Below the pieces are notes generated by a model. The model made no database searches, was not told where the DNA came from, and worked only from the letters and a program-made list of their open reading frames with translations. Both the position numbers and the translations under genes were made by a program. This document shows, one piece after another, positions 19,938 to 29,682 of a stretch of 64,000 nucleotides of DNA. Where the stretch lies: positions 62,001-126,000 of the forward strand of contig JAXLQJ010000006.1 of the NCBI GenBank assembly GCA_046331705.1, read 5' to 3'. The DNA comes from a bacterium (GTDB lineage Bacteria > JADJOY01). Position 1 is the stretch's first letter; every line of letters starts with the position of its first letter.

Positions 19938-21674
19938 ATGAACCCTCGGCGTCTCGTCCTGCTGGTCTCGTTCGCGGGCGCGCTGTCGGCGCTCACTGCA
20001 CCGATCCCTTCGGCGCACGCAGCGGGGGACCGAGCCGTGGGCGACGCGCGGCTGGTCGACGACCTCGCGCCGAGCGGGCCGCCAGTCGCCACCACCTCCC
20101 TCGACTGGGTGAGCATCCCCGACCTCGGCGAGACCATCACGGTGGAGCTCACGAGTGACTTGATCGCGAGCCTGTGCGCCGAGGCCTTCGCCGCGCCCGA
20201 CGGCGCGCGCCTGTTCGCTCGCGTCGTGGTCGACGGCAGCCCCACCAGCCCGGCGGACGTCGTGCTGACGAACCGATACGTGGCCGAGACCCATTGCCAC
20301 TCGTTCGTGCTCGAGAGCGTGCTGCCGGGGACTCACACGATCCAGCCCCAGTGGTCGGTCGATGGCGGCGCCACGGCGTACCTGGGTGATCGAACCGCCA
20401 CGTACACCTGGGCCACGCGGAGCTCGAACGAGGTGCGGGTGAAGCAGGTCAGCATCGAGGGGCCTTACCTCTCGACCACGTCGACCTCGTTCGTCGACAT
20501 GCCGAACATGTCGCTCACGATCGATCCGAGCGTCACCAGCGATCTGGCGATCTCGTTCAGCGGGCGCGTCTACGGCATCGGGAACTCGCTCTGGATCCAG
20601 GCGTTGGTCGATGGCGTGACCGCCGGGCCGGGACAGGTGCTTGCGACGGACGTCGAGGTGTCGACGCTCCGCGCATTCAATTTCGTGGTCAAGGACGTTG
20701 CGCCGGGGACCCACACGGTCACGATTCAGTGGCGCGGCGGAAGCAACGGCACACCGGGAACGATGTACGTCGGGGACCGCTCCACCAAGGTGATCGCGGT
20801 CAAGGCGTCGAGCACCACCTACGCCGACTCGTTGATGCTCGACTCGAACGTGATCGGCTTCCCCACCGTGGTGTGGACGAACGTTCCCGGGATGAGCGGC
20901 ACGATCGATGTTTCTCAGGCGCCGGGACCGCCAGCGCCGACGCCGAAAGCGAACCTGGTGGTCCAATTCAGCGCGGCGGCCGCCGTCGCCGGAACCGACG
21001 CGATGTTCGCCCGCGCATTGCTCGACGGATCTCCGATGACCCCCGGCGACGTCGAGATGGCGTCCGTCGAGTCCGCGGGCGTCTACGATTTCGATTTCCT
21101 GCAGACGAACGTGTCCGCCGGCTCCCACACGATCGACGTCCAGTACCTCATGAACACGGCATCGGGCGGGCTCGTCGTCGTCGCCAACTCGACGCTCACC
21201 GCCTACGCGATCTCGACCAGCGCCGCGGGCGCCTGCACGCCGGCGCTGGCGCTCGCCTGCGAAGACTCCGACACGCGCGAGAACGACGACTACGGCAGCA
21301 CCGACAACCTCGACACCTACTCGTGCTCGACCTTCAGCTACGACGGCCCGGAAGTGGTCTACGAGTTCACCTCGCCTGGGCCGGCGAAGGTCACCGTCAC
21401 CATGACGCCGACCACCAACGACCTCGATCTGTTCGTGCTCGGGGCGGGCGAGTGCTCGGCGCAGGCGTGCGTCGGCTCGAGCACCCACGGGGGCATCGCG
21501 TCCGAGACGGTCACGCTGCCGGTGGCCGAGGGAGCGAAGCGCTTCTTGGCCGTCGACGGCTACCTCGGGCGCGTGAGCCCGTACACGATCTCCGTCCATT
21601 GCGAGTCGACGCTGATCTTCGCCGACGGCTTCGAGACCGGAAACGTGTTCCGCTGGTCGTCGCATCTGCCGTGA
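19938..21674 (+). CDS. Secreted protein: three tandem ~128-aa beta-sandwich repeats, PPC-like domain and IFADGFE C-terminal tag
   Basis: Signal peptide ending AHA; three repeats ending PGTHTIQ/PGTHTVT/AGSHTID; GPEVVYEF..DLDLFVL; ends LIFADGFETGNVFRWSSHLP. Confidence 0.82.
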   Translation: MNPRRLVLLVSFAGALSALTAPIPSAHAAGDRAVGDARLVDDLAPSGPPVATTSLDWVSIPDLGETITVELTSDLIASLCAEAFAAPDGARLFARVVVDGSPTSPADVVLTNRYVAETHCHSFVLESVLPGTHTIQPQWSVDGGATAYLGDRTATYTWATRSSNEVRVKQVSIEGPYLSTTSTSFVDMPNMSLTIDPSVTSDLAISFSGRVYGIGNSLWIQALVDGVTAGPGQVLATDVEVSTLRAFNFVVKDVAPGTHTVTIQWRGGSNGTPGTMYVGDRSTKVIAVKASSTTYADSLMLDSNVIGFPTVVWTNVPGMSGTIDVSQAPGPPAPTPKANLVVQFSAAAAVAGTDAMFARALLDGSPMTPGDVEMASVESAGVYDFDFLQTNVSAGSHTIDVQYLMNTASGGLVVVANSTLTAYAISTSAAGACTPALALACEDSDTRENDDYGSTDNLDTYSCSTFSYDGPEVVYEFTSPGPAKVTVTMTPTTNDLDLFVLGAGECSAQACVGSSTHGGIASETVTLPVAEGAKRFLAVDGYLGRVSPYTISVHCESTLIFADGFETGNVFRWSSHLP

Positions 21675-21782
21675 ATCGCGCGTGTGAGCGCAGCGGGCAT
21701 GCTCGCCGCGGCACTCGTCGGCGCCGCGAAACAGCCCGGATCCTCGGCGTCACGGGACGGTTCACGCAGGCTCGCTCGCCGG

Positions 21783-21812
21783 TTGACGCACCCGCGGACT
21801 GTCGCGGATAGT
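21783..21812 (+). promoter_or_regulatory. Putative sigma70 promoter of the tRNA
   Basis: TTGACG-N18-GATAGT, ending 15 nt upstream of the tRNA. Confidence 0.4.
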
Positions 21813-21827
21813 CCAGCCGTTCCACTC

Positions 21828-21902
21828 GCGCCTGTAGCTCAGCCCGGATAGAGCATCGGACTTCGAATCCGCAGGTCGGGGGTTCAAATCCCTCCAGGCG
21901 CG
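21828..21902 (+). tRNA. tRNA-Arg, anticodon UCG (CCA not encoded)
   Basis: Acceptor GCGCCTG/CAGGCGC, D-arm GCTC..GAGC, anticodon loop CT-TCG-AA, T-arm GGGGG-TTCAAAT-CCCTC. Confidence 0.95.
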
Positions 21903-22074
21903 CCCCTCGTACAGTCGTGTCACGGGTGTCTCGCGCATCGACGAGTCGGCACGTAGGCAGCCGGTCGGCGATCGTCGGAAGTTGCTCTCGTTTGGAAGAG
22001 GCGGAGCAAGCTTGCTCGCTGCAAGCGGTGGTTCCGAGTTTCCTCGAGCGGTATGATGGGGCCACGATGCCAAC

Positions 22075-22800
22075 GCTACGAGCGTCAGGACGTACTCGGC
22101 GTAGTTCAGGACACCCTCGACGTCGATCTCCGAAGTCGCGTCGCTTAGCTCCATGCGCGCGAGAGCCAGCTCCTCGCTCAGTCGGTTGCTCTCCTTCGTG
22201 TAGGCCGACTCGTCGATCTCCTTCGCGTAGATGAAGGCGTGCAAGAGCTTCGTCTTCCGATCCTCGATCGTGGCTACTCGCAGCTCGAGGCCGCGTCGGA
22301 TGATTCGCACATCCTCGTGCGTGGGATCCCAGGTCTTGATCACGAGGTCTTTGAAGATCCGCATGAAGGGCGCTTTCGGCTGCATGGCAAGTAGGTACGC
22401 CTCGAACAGACTCTCGAGCTCGTCGCGCCCGACGTTCACCGCGCGGCAGCCGATCTTCCGACAGCGGTAGTACGGGTAGACGCGAGAGCGTCCCGTTGAC
22501 CAGGCCGCGGTCAGTGGCTGGTCGCACGATGCGCATCTCACGAAGCGACGAAGCGGGAAGTCCGGATGGTCGTGCTGATTGCCGCGACCTTGCCGGCCGT
22601 ACCGACCAGCCAGGACGGCCTGCATGCGATCGAACGTCGCCTCGTCGACGATCGGGTCGAAGTCGCCTCGCGACTCTAGTCCCCACTTCGGGATGCGGAT
22701 GATCCCCTTGTGGATCGGGTTGGTGAGTAGGCGTTCTACGGCTTGACCGGAGAGGACCTTGCCCTTCCTGCCGCGGAGGCCCAGATGCTTGAACCGTGTC
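22075..22800 (-). pseudogene. Large serine recombinase remnant (recombinase domain end, zinc ribbon, coiled coil; no catalytic N-domain)
   Basis: LLTNPIHKG..DPIVDEATFDRMQ, FPLRRFVRCASC..YPYYRC..C, ELESLF. No resolvase domain upstream; homology is lost after VLNYAEYVLT. Confidence 0.82.
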
Positions 22801-23076
22801 TCGCCAGTCGTGGACACGACGACCCGAGCCGCCGAAGCCCGCGAACGGATTTCGCGGGTATTCAGCTACCTGACGGAGTACGGCTGCACGACGAATACCC
22901 ATCCCGAGGATCCATGCGTTCTTCGGGACAGACTGTTCGCGTCCAGTTCGCATTGGGCGCTTAGCCTCGCCCGTTGGGCCTCGTGCAGAGTGGCGGTGCT
23001 GGAAATTGCCTGATGCGGTACGCTTTTTCATCGAAGACCGTCCGGCAGGTTCTACCCGGCGGGATGCGCGGATCCG

Positions 23077-26073
23077 ATGGCTCGAACTCATCGCCCCACG
23101 GCCGGTTCCCGAGCGATCTACGTGGTGCTGGCCCTCCTATTGCTCGGTGGGCTGGCTACTTTCGTCGTCTGGCTGGCGGCATCGGGCGTCGCTACGCAGG
23201 TCGGGACGGAGCTGGCCCACAGGTGGCTGAACCTCTCGAGCACGGTGCGCAGCGCCATGTGGGCAACTTGCTGTGGTGCGGGCGTCGCCCTGACAGCCCT
23301 CGGGATTCGGCGTCGGCAGCGCAAGAAAGGCGTCGCCGCCGTTGCGGACCTGCGCACCGTTGGGCCACGCACAAGGCTCCGTCCCTCGGCTCATCCCCCT
23401 ACACCCGTTGATTCCTTCGAGGCGAAGCACCCACAACACGCCCACGATGGCAGTCGAGCGTGGCTTGCCGTCGAGCGCGAGAGGTACGGCCCGCAGCCGG
23501 AGAAGCACGCGGATCCCAAGCCGTCTCACGTCACGCGGCTCGCACAGGAGCCGCCTGACGAGGCGCGTGACCGAGGTAGAGAACAGCGCGGCGGTGACGC
23601 CGAGGAACGACGCTCAGCGCCCGAACAGGCGCGTGGCGCGGCCAATCCCCGGAAGCCGCCGCCGCTCTCGCTCCTCGACGTCCCTCGCGACCCAGCGCCT
23701 GCAACGATTCTCTCGCGCGCGGCGACGGATCAAGCGTCGGCCGTACTGACACCGGCTCCCCCGCCGCCGCCGAAGCGCGAGTTACCCGAACCGCCAGCGG
23801 CGCGGTCAGTCGTCGGTTCGAGCCCGGCGGCGGCGGTCCAGGGCCAGGATGCCGCTCAACAGGCCACGCCCCTGACAGCGCCGCTGGCTGCCATCCGACG
23901 ATTCGTGTTCGGTTCGGGGAGTCCATCGACAACATCCACGACGCCAACCGAGTTGGCTGATCGGCTCTGGTATCCACAGGGCCGGTCCGTGCGTGTCGGT
24001 TCCGACCTCATTCCGGACGGGATGCTCTACGTCGGCGAAGGACTCCCAAGCGTCAGCGGGGGCTTCGCCACGGAAGCAGCGCTCCTCGATCCGAAGCTGC
24101 CGCGAGCGCTCTCGCCAGCAGGCGTGGCGCCTAACATCCCCTACTGGCCGAACTATGCCGGGCTCAGCCCCGAGGCGCGCGGCTACTACGTCCGCTGGCT
24201 ACTCAACGGCCGCTGCGATCCCGCAACGCCGGTGGGCTACGTCTTCCTATTCTTCTATGGGATCGAGCGTCGGCTGCTTGCCGATTCAGAGTCATCGGAA
24301 TCGGCGCGATCCGAGACTCCGGCGCTTCTGGCGGAGGTGGAACGCCTCCTAACCATCTACGGCCAGAATGGATCGTTTCGCAGCTACGCCACCGACTTCC
24401 TCAACACCATCCGCGCCGAGCGTGGGCTCGAGGTGCCCCTCGATCTCACCTCCACGCTCAGCGGTCGTAGTCCAGAGCTTCCCCTCGGCATCCGGGTTGG
24501 TGTTGGGCGCTTCATCGCAGCCGCTCAACCAATCCCTGCGGACTGGGCTCTGGCGTGGGTATGTCGAGATCCCGAAACCCGGCTCGGCACGGTCGCGCGG
24601 CGATGCAGAGACGAGCTTCGCGAGCTCTTCAAGCACCGGTATCAAGCCGAGTTCGGTGCAGGGATGACGCTCGAACCCAACAAGACGAGGCTTGCGCTGG
24701 CGTACCGCTGCGCGAGCCCTTCGTTCGCCGGATCGACCGTCACGGTTCGAGTCGGCGATCTACCTGATATCGCTCCGCTCTCGAAGCCCGTGAATTCGTT
24801 GCGGACCTTGCTCGAAAGCTGCGCCGACGATCTCGAGGGGTTCTCACGCCTGCTCGGACGAAGCCCTGCCGAAGCGAGCTCGATCCGAGCGCTCGCGCTC
24901 CTTCCGAAGGAGCTTGTGCTGTCTCGTGAGACCCCTGAGCTAACGGAGCTCCGGGATTGGCTCGAGGGGCTCGTGCCTGCCGACGAGCCGAGGCTCGTGG
25001 TCGCCCGAGAGCTCTTCTCACGCCTCGCACTGGACTCGGCCGAAATCAAAAAAACAGACGCCACCGACACAGCGCGGCTTCTGGAACGCCTGGGAGTCGG
25101 CACGAGCCCGATGCGGTTCGGTACGCGGGGAGTACCCAAGCTCGATGAGCCAATCGCCTTCGCAGGCCTGCGAGCGAGGAAGGCGTTCCGACCGGCGCAT
25201 TCCACCTGCCGCCGCGGTGGTGTGTTACGGCTCGCCGCCGAAGTCGCGGCGTGTGACGACGAGATCAACGAGGCGGAACAGCAGGAGCTCGAGGCGCAGC
25301 TCGAACGAGCCCTCGATCTCGATCCTGGCGAACGCCGACGGCTTCGCGCTCACCTCAAGTGGTTGGTGGTCGCACGTCCGGGCTTCGCCGGCCTCAAGAA
25401 GCACCTCGAGCGTCTCGACGCCGGCGGGCGATCGCGGATCGCTCAGTACGCAGTCGCCATCGCGGCTGCCGACGGGCACGTGGATTCAGCCGAGATCAAG
25501 ACGCTGCAGAAAATCTATCGCGCACTTGAGCTCGAGCCGGACCAGGTGTTCGCCCATGTCCACGACGCGCAGGCGATGCCGACAAGAGTACCGACCGAGC
25601 CGGTCACGATCAGGGAGGCAGATCCTGCTCCGCCGGGTTTCCGCGTTCCAGACGCGTCCCCGATCTCGAGAGAGGGCGTGCTCCTAGACCGCCGCGCCAT
25701 CGAGCGCAAATTGGCCGAGACGGCTGAGGTGTCGAGCCTTCTGTCTCGGATTTTCGTCGATGACGAAGCTACCGCCGCACCTTCGAGTGTGTGTGGCCCA
25801 CATGACAGCGCGGCGCAAGCCCCGGATACTCCGGCGGCGGTTGTCGTGGCTGGACTCGATGGGGCAGGAACGGCCCTCCTTCGCGCACTCGCTGATCTTC
25901 AATCCATCGGTCGTTCCGATTTTGAGGCGCTTGCGGCCGAGCGTGGGATGTTGCCCGATGGCGCCATCGAGGCACTCAACGAAGCCGCCTTCCGGCGTTG
26001 CGACGAGCCGGCGCTCGAAGGCGACGATCCCATCGAGGTGAACGCAGCCGTGATCAAGGAGATGCTTCGATGA
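23077..26073 (+). CDS. Membrane-anchored TerB-N / TerB / TerB-C domain protein
   Basis: Two N-terminal TMs; TerB-N motifs IPDGMLYVG, YWPNY..LSPEARGYY, GYVFLFFYGIERR; TerB AAADGHVDSAE; TerB-C GMLPDGAIEALNE. Possible compensated frameshift near 25100-25230. Confidence 0.88.
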   Translation: MARTHRPTAGSRAIYVVLALLLLGGLATFVVWLAASGVATQVGTELAHRWLNLSSTVRSAMWATCCGAGVALTALGIRRRQRKKGVAAVADLRTVGPRTRLRPSAHPPTPVDSFEAKHPQHAHDGSRAWLAVERERYGPQPEKHADPKPSHVTRLAQEPPDEARDRGREQRGGDAEERRSAPEQARGAANPRKPPPLSLLDVPRDPAPATILSRAATDQASAVLTPAPPPPPKRELPEPPAARSVVGSSPAAAVQGQDAAQQATPLTAPLAAIRRFVFGSGSPSTTSTTPTELADRLWYPQGRSVRVGSDLIPDGMLYVGEGLPSVSGGFATEAALLDPKLPRALSPAGVAPNIPYWPNYAGLSPEARGYYVRWLLNGRCDPATPVGYVFLFFYGIERRLLADSESSESARSETPALLAEVERLLTIYGQNGSFRSYATDFLNTIRAERGLEVPLDLTSTLSGRSPELPLGIRVGVGRFIAAAQPIPADWALAWVCRDPETRLGTVARRCRDELRELFKHRYQAEFGAGMTLEPNKTRLALAYRCASPSFAGSTVTVRVGDLPDIAPLSKPVNSLRTLLESCADDLEGFSRLLGRSPAEASSIRALALLPKELVLSRETPELTELRDWLEGLVPADEPRLVVARELFSRLALDSAEIKKTDATDTARLLERLGVGTSPMRFGTRGVPKLDEPIAFAGLRARKAFRPAHSTCRRGGVLRLAAEVAACDDEINEAEQQELEAQLERALDLDPGERRRLRAHLKWLVVARPGFAGLKKHLERLDAGGRSRIAQYAVAIAAADGHVDSAEIKTLQKIYRALELEPDQVFAHVHDAQAMPTRVPTEPVTIREADPAPPGFRVPDASPISREGVLLDRRAIERKLAETAEVSSLLSRIFVDDEATAAPSSVCGPHDSAAQAPDTPAAVVVAGLDGAGTALLRALADLQSIGRSDFEALAAERGMLPDGAIEALNEAAFRRCDEPALEGDDPIEVNAAVIKEMLR

Positions 26074-27389
26074 ATTCCCCCGAACGGATTCGCCCCAAGG
26101 TGCGCGACGCGATCCTCCAGTCGCTCCGCGCCGGAGTCGTCCCGCGTGTGGGACAGGCTCATATCCAAGTGGGCCGAGCCGACGAGGTGAAGGCGCTCCT
26201 CCAAGACGTCGAGCGCATCGGTGATGGCGGTTCTGCGATTCGATTCGTGATCGGTCCTTATGGATCCGGCAAGACGTTCTTCCTTCATCTCGTGCGGTCG
26301 ATCGCGCTCGAGAAGGGGCTGGTGACGGTCCATGGTGATCTGAATCCCGATCGCCGTCTCCACGCGACCGGGGGACAGGCACGCGGTCTCTATCAGGAGT
26401 GGATGAGAAACCTCGCCACGCGCACCAAGCCCGACGGGGGTGCGGTCGCGAGCGTGGTCGAGCGTTTCGTGTCGACCGCCCTGGCTGAGGCCAAGACCCG
26501 CTCCGAATCGCCCGAAGTTGTGATCCGCGAGCGGCTCGGGGAGCTGACGGAGTTCGTGGGCGGGTATGACTTCGCCGAGGTGATCGCCGCCTACTGGCGT
26601 GCACACGATACGGGCGACGACAGCTTGAAATCGAATGCGATCCGCTGGCTCCGGGCGGAGTTCTCGACCAAGACGGACGCCCGTTCAGCCCTCGGCGTGC
26701 GAACGATCATCGACGACGACAACGGATACGACAGCCTCAAACTCATGGCGCGGTTTGTCCGCCTTGCCGGCTACGGGGGCCTCTTCGTCTGCGTCGACGA
26801 GTTGGTGAACCTGTTCAAGCTCGGGAGCGGTCGGGCTCGGTCCGCAAACTACGAGCAGATCCTGCGGATTCTCAACGACTCGCTCCAGGGGGTCGCCGTT
26901 GGCTTGGGCTTCATCATGGGCGGAACCCCCGAGTTCCTCCTCGACACCAGGAAGGGTCTCTACAGCTACGAGGCACTACGCAGCCGGCTCGCGGAGAACT
27001 CGTTCCTCTCGGGCGGCCTGGTCGATCTCTCCGGCCCGGTCTTGCGTCTGACGAACCTGGCCCCCGAAGACCTCTACGTGCTTCTAGGCAAGATCCGGCA
27101 CGTGTACGCCGGCGGTGAGCCCACGAGGTACCTGATCCCAGACGACGGGCTCACCGCCTTCATGCAGCACTGCTCGCAACGGATCGGCGAGGCCTACTTC
27201 CGCACACCGCGCAACACGATCACGGCCTTCATCAACCTCCTCGCGGTGCTCGAGCAAAACCCCGGAGTCCAGTGGCCCGACCTTGTTGGCCAGGTCAGTA
27301 TCGGCACCGAGGACAATCCGGATCTCGCCCTGCCAACGGGCGAGATCACCGATGATGCCGATGACGAGCTCGCCACCCTCCGGATCTGA
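26070..27389 (+). CDS. DUF2791 P-loop ATPase (BrxD-like)
   Basis: SLRAGVVPRVG, Walker A GPYGSGKT, Walker B VCVDE, SYEALRSRL; ATGA overlap with the upstream gene. Confidence 0.9.
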   Translation: MNSPERIRPKVRDAILQSLRAGVVPRVGQAHIQVGRADEVKALLQDVERIGDGGSAIRFVIGPYGSGKTFFLHLVRSIALEKGLVTVHGDLNPDRRLHATGGQARGLYQEWMRNLATRTKPDGGAVASVVERFVSTALAEAKTRSESPEVVIRERLGELTEFVGGYDFAEVIAAYWRAHDTGDDSLKSNAIRWLRAEFSTKTDARSALGVRTIIDDDNGYDSLKLMARFVRLAGYGGLFVCVDELVNLFKLGSGRARSANYEQILRILNDSLQGVAVGLGFIMGGTPEFLLDTRKGLYSYEALRSRLAENSFLSGGLVDLSGPVLRLTNLAPEDLYVLLGKIRHVYAGGEPTRYLIPDDGLTAFMQHCSQRIGEAYFRTPRNTITAFINLLAVLEQNPGVQWPDLVGQVSIGTEDNPDLALPTGEITDDADDELATLRI

Positions 27390-29595
27390 CGCGGGGACTT
27401 CGACCATCTTCGACCTTCTCCACGAGGGGGTCCGGCGATGGATCTACGAGCGACGCTGGCGGGAGCTGCGCCCGATCCAGGAGCGCACGGCCCGGCTCGT
27501 GCTTTCCGGTGATCAGGATGTGCTCGTCTCCGCTGCCACGGCCGGCGGCAAGACCGAGGCCGCCTTCCTGCCGATCGCCTCCCGTCTCGCGGAGGTGCGC
27601 GACCCCGGCTTCGCGTGCCTCGCGGTCATCCCTCTCAAGGCCCTCATCAACGACCAGCATCCTCGTCTCGAAGCACTCTTTGCTGGGGTCGGCATCGAGG
27701 TCCATCGGTGGCATGGCGACGTGTCCGCCAGCGCCAAGCGGAAGCTCAAGCTCAAGCCGGCCGGGGTCTTGCTGATCACGCCGGAGTCGCTCGAGGCCCT
27801 CTTCGTGCTGCAGGGGCCGAAGATTCCAGCGCTGTTCGCATCCCTTCGATTCGTGGTCGTCGATGAAGTCCACTCCTTCATCGGAACTGAGCGCGGGCGG
27901 CAGCTCCAGTCGCTACTCCACCGAGTCGAGCTCGGGATCGGCCGCCGCGTACCGCGGCTTGCCCTCTCCGCCACGCTTGGCGACCTGAGCCTTGCCGCGG
28001 AGTTTCTGCGCCCGGGCCAGGCGGCTGCGGTCGCGCGGGTCACCGATGACGGGGGCGGAACGGCGATCCGACTACTGATCAAAGGATACGAGCACCGTAC
28101 GCCGATGCCGCCGCCCCAGTCGGCGCTCACGGGGGAACCGAGTGCCGACGAAGTCGACGACCAGGCCGACATCCGGGACATCGCGCGTCACATGTTCGCC
28201 AAGCTCCGAACGACGAACAATCTGATCTTCGCGAACAGTCGCGCTCGCGTATACCGGGCCGACCACCCCGGCGGCTCTCGGAGACCGCTCGCGTTCCGAA
28301 CGAGTTCTTCCCGCATCACGGGAGCCTCGCTCGAGAGATCCGCGAAGAGGCCGAGCGACGGATGAAGAATGAGACTCTGCCGGCCAACACGTGCACGAGC
28401 ACGCTCGAGCTCGGGATCGACGTAGGCCTGGTCAGCGCAGTCGCGCAGGTCGGCTGCCCACCGAGCGTTTCGTCGATGCGACAACGGCTCGGACGTTCGG
28501 GGCGCCGAGGCAACCAGCCGGCCACGCTCTGGTTGTACGTCACCGAGCCCGAGATCGTGGCGACCTCCCGCCTGATCGACCGGCTGAGGCAGGAACTCGT
28601 TCAGGCGATCGCGATGGTCGAGCTCCTGAACGAGTCCTGGTGTGAGCCGCCCGATGTCGGGCGGCTACACCTCTCGACACTCGTCCAGCAGCTTCTCTCT
28701 CTCGTCGCCCAGCACGGTGGGATCCGACCGCGCGAAGCATGGGTTGCGCTCTGCGGAAACGGCGCGTTTCGACGGATCGACTGCAGTTCGCGACGCTCGT
28801 CCGCGAGCTCGGCCGCCGCGAGCTGCTGACTCAGACCTCGGATGGCGATCTGGCGCTCGGGCTCGTCGGTGAACGGATCGTAGACCACCAGCAGCTCTTC
28901 TCTGCGTTCAGCTCCCGAGGAATACCGGCAGGCTCGAGGCTCACGGCAGGCCGCTCGGCACGATGCCGATCACGCAGCCGGTCTACCCGGGGCTCTACCT
29001 GATTCGGCGGCCGTCGCTGGCGCGTCGAGACCGTCGACCCGCAGGCTCGATTCGTCCAGCTGGCGCCCGCCGGCGCGGGTTTCCGGAGCTGCCCAGCTTC
29101 GCTGGGGTGGGTGCACGAGTTCACGATCGCGTACGCGAGAAGATGCGACGGATCCTGAGTGGGGAGCGCTCGCCCCAGTACCTTGATTCGACCGCGAGTC
29201 GCCTGCTCGCTCAGGCGCAGACGACCTACCGTGATCACGCGCTGGCGCGCGAGACCGTTGTTGCCGATGGTTCCGACACGCTCGTATTCCCCTGGGCCGG
29301 CGATCGGGTCATCCACACGCTAATGGTGGCACTCGCGGATCGAGGCCTCGACGTCACGAGCGTCGGCCTGGCGCTATCGGTCACCGATTCCAGTCCGGAG
29401 GTTGTGCGCGCTGCGTCGCGAGCCCTGCTCGACGCGGGCCCACCCGAAGCAGTCTCCATCGCCCGGCGAGTCCAGAATCAGGTAGAGGAGAAGTACGATC
29501 AGTTTCTTCCAGCCGACCTTCTCGCGGTCGACTACGCATCCAGGGCACTCGACGTAGACGGCGCCTGGCGTCGACTCGCCGAAATCGCGCGGTAG
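27361..29595 (+). pseudogene. Lhr-like DEAD/DEAH helicase split by several frameshifts (pseudogene or read errors)
   Basis: Motifs spread across frames: AATAGGKT, DEVH, SAT; HHGSL, TSTLELGID, QRLGRSGR; then LFSAFS, GGRRWRV, EKYDQFLP. Shifts near 28250, 28780 and 28915-29090. Confidence 0.85.
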
Positions 29596-29682
29596 CGACG
29601 ACTCTCCCGCCCGTGTTGCGTACTGCTGTGGCACGACGCTATCGGGGTGCCGGGCAGCGAACGTGAGGGCGGATGCCAGCGC

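Noticed and set aside
21762-22817. 351-aa ORF read as an intact integrase running through the tRNA
   Set aside because: It lacks the catalytic serine domain, and its last ~100 codons are non-homologous read-through antisense to the tRNA.
22759-23013. Short + ORF containing AEARERISRVFSYL, reminiscent of a helicase N-terminus
   Set aside because: Too short to support a call; at most a fragment.
23077-29595. Complete BREX system or tellurite-resistance ter operon
   Set aside because: No pglX, pglZ or brxC and no terZABCDE genes in the window.
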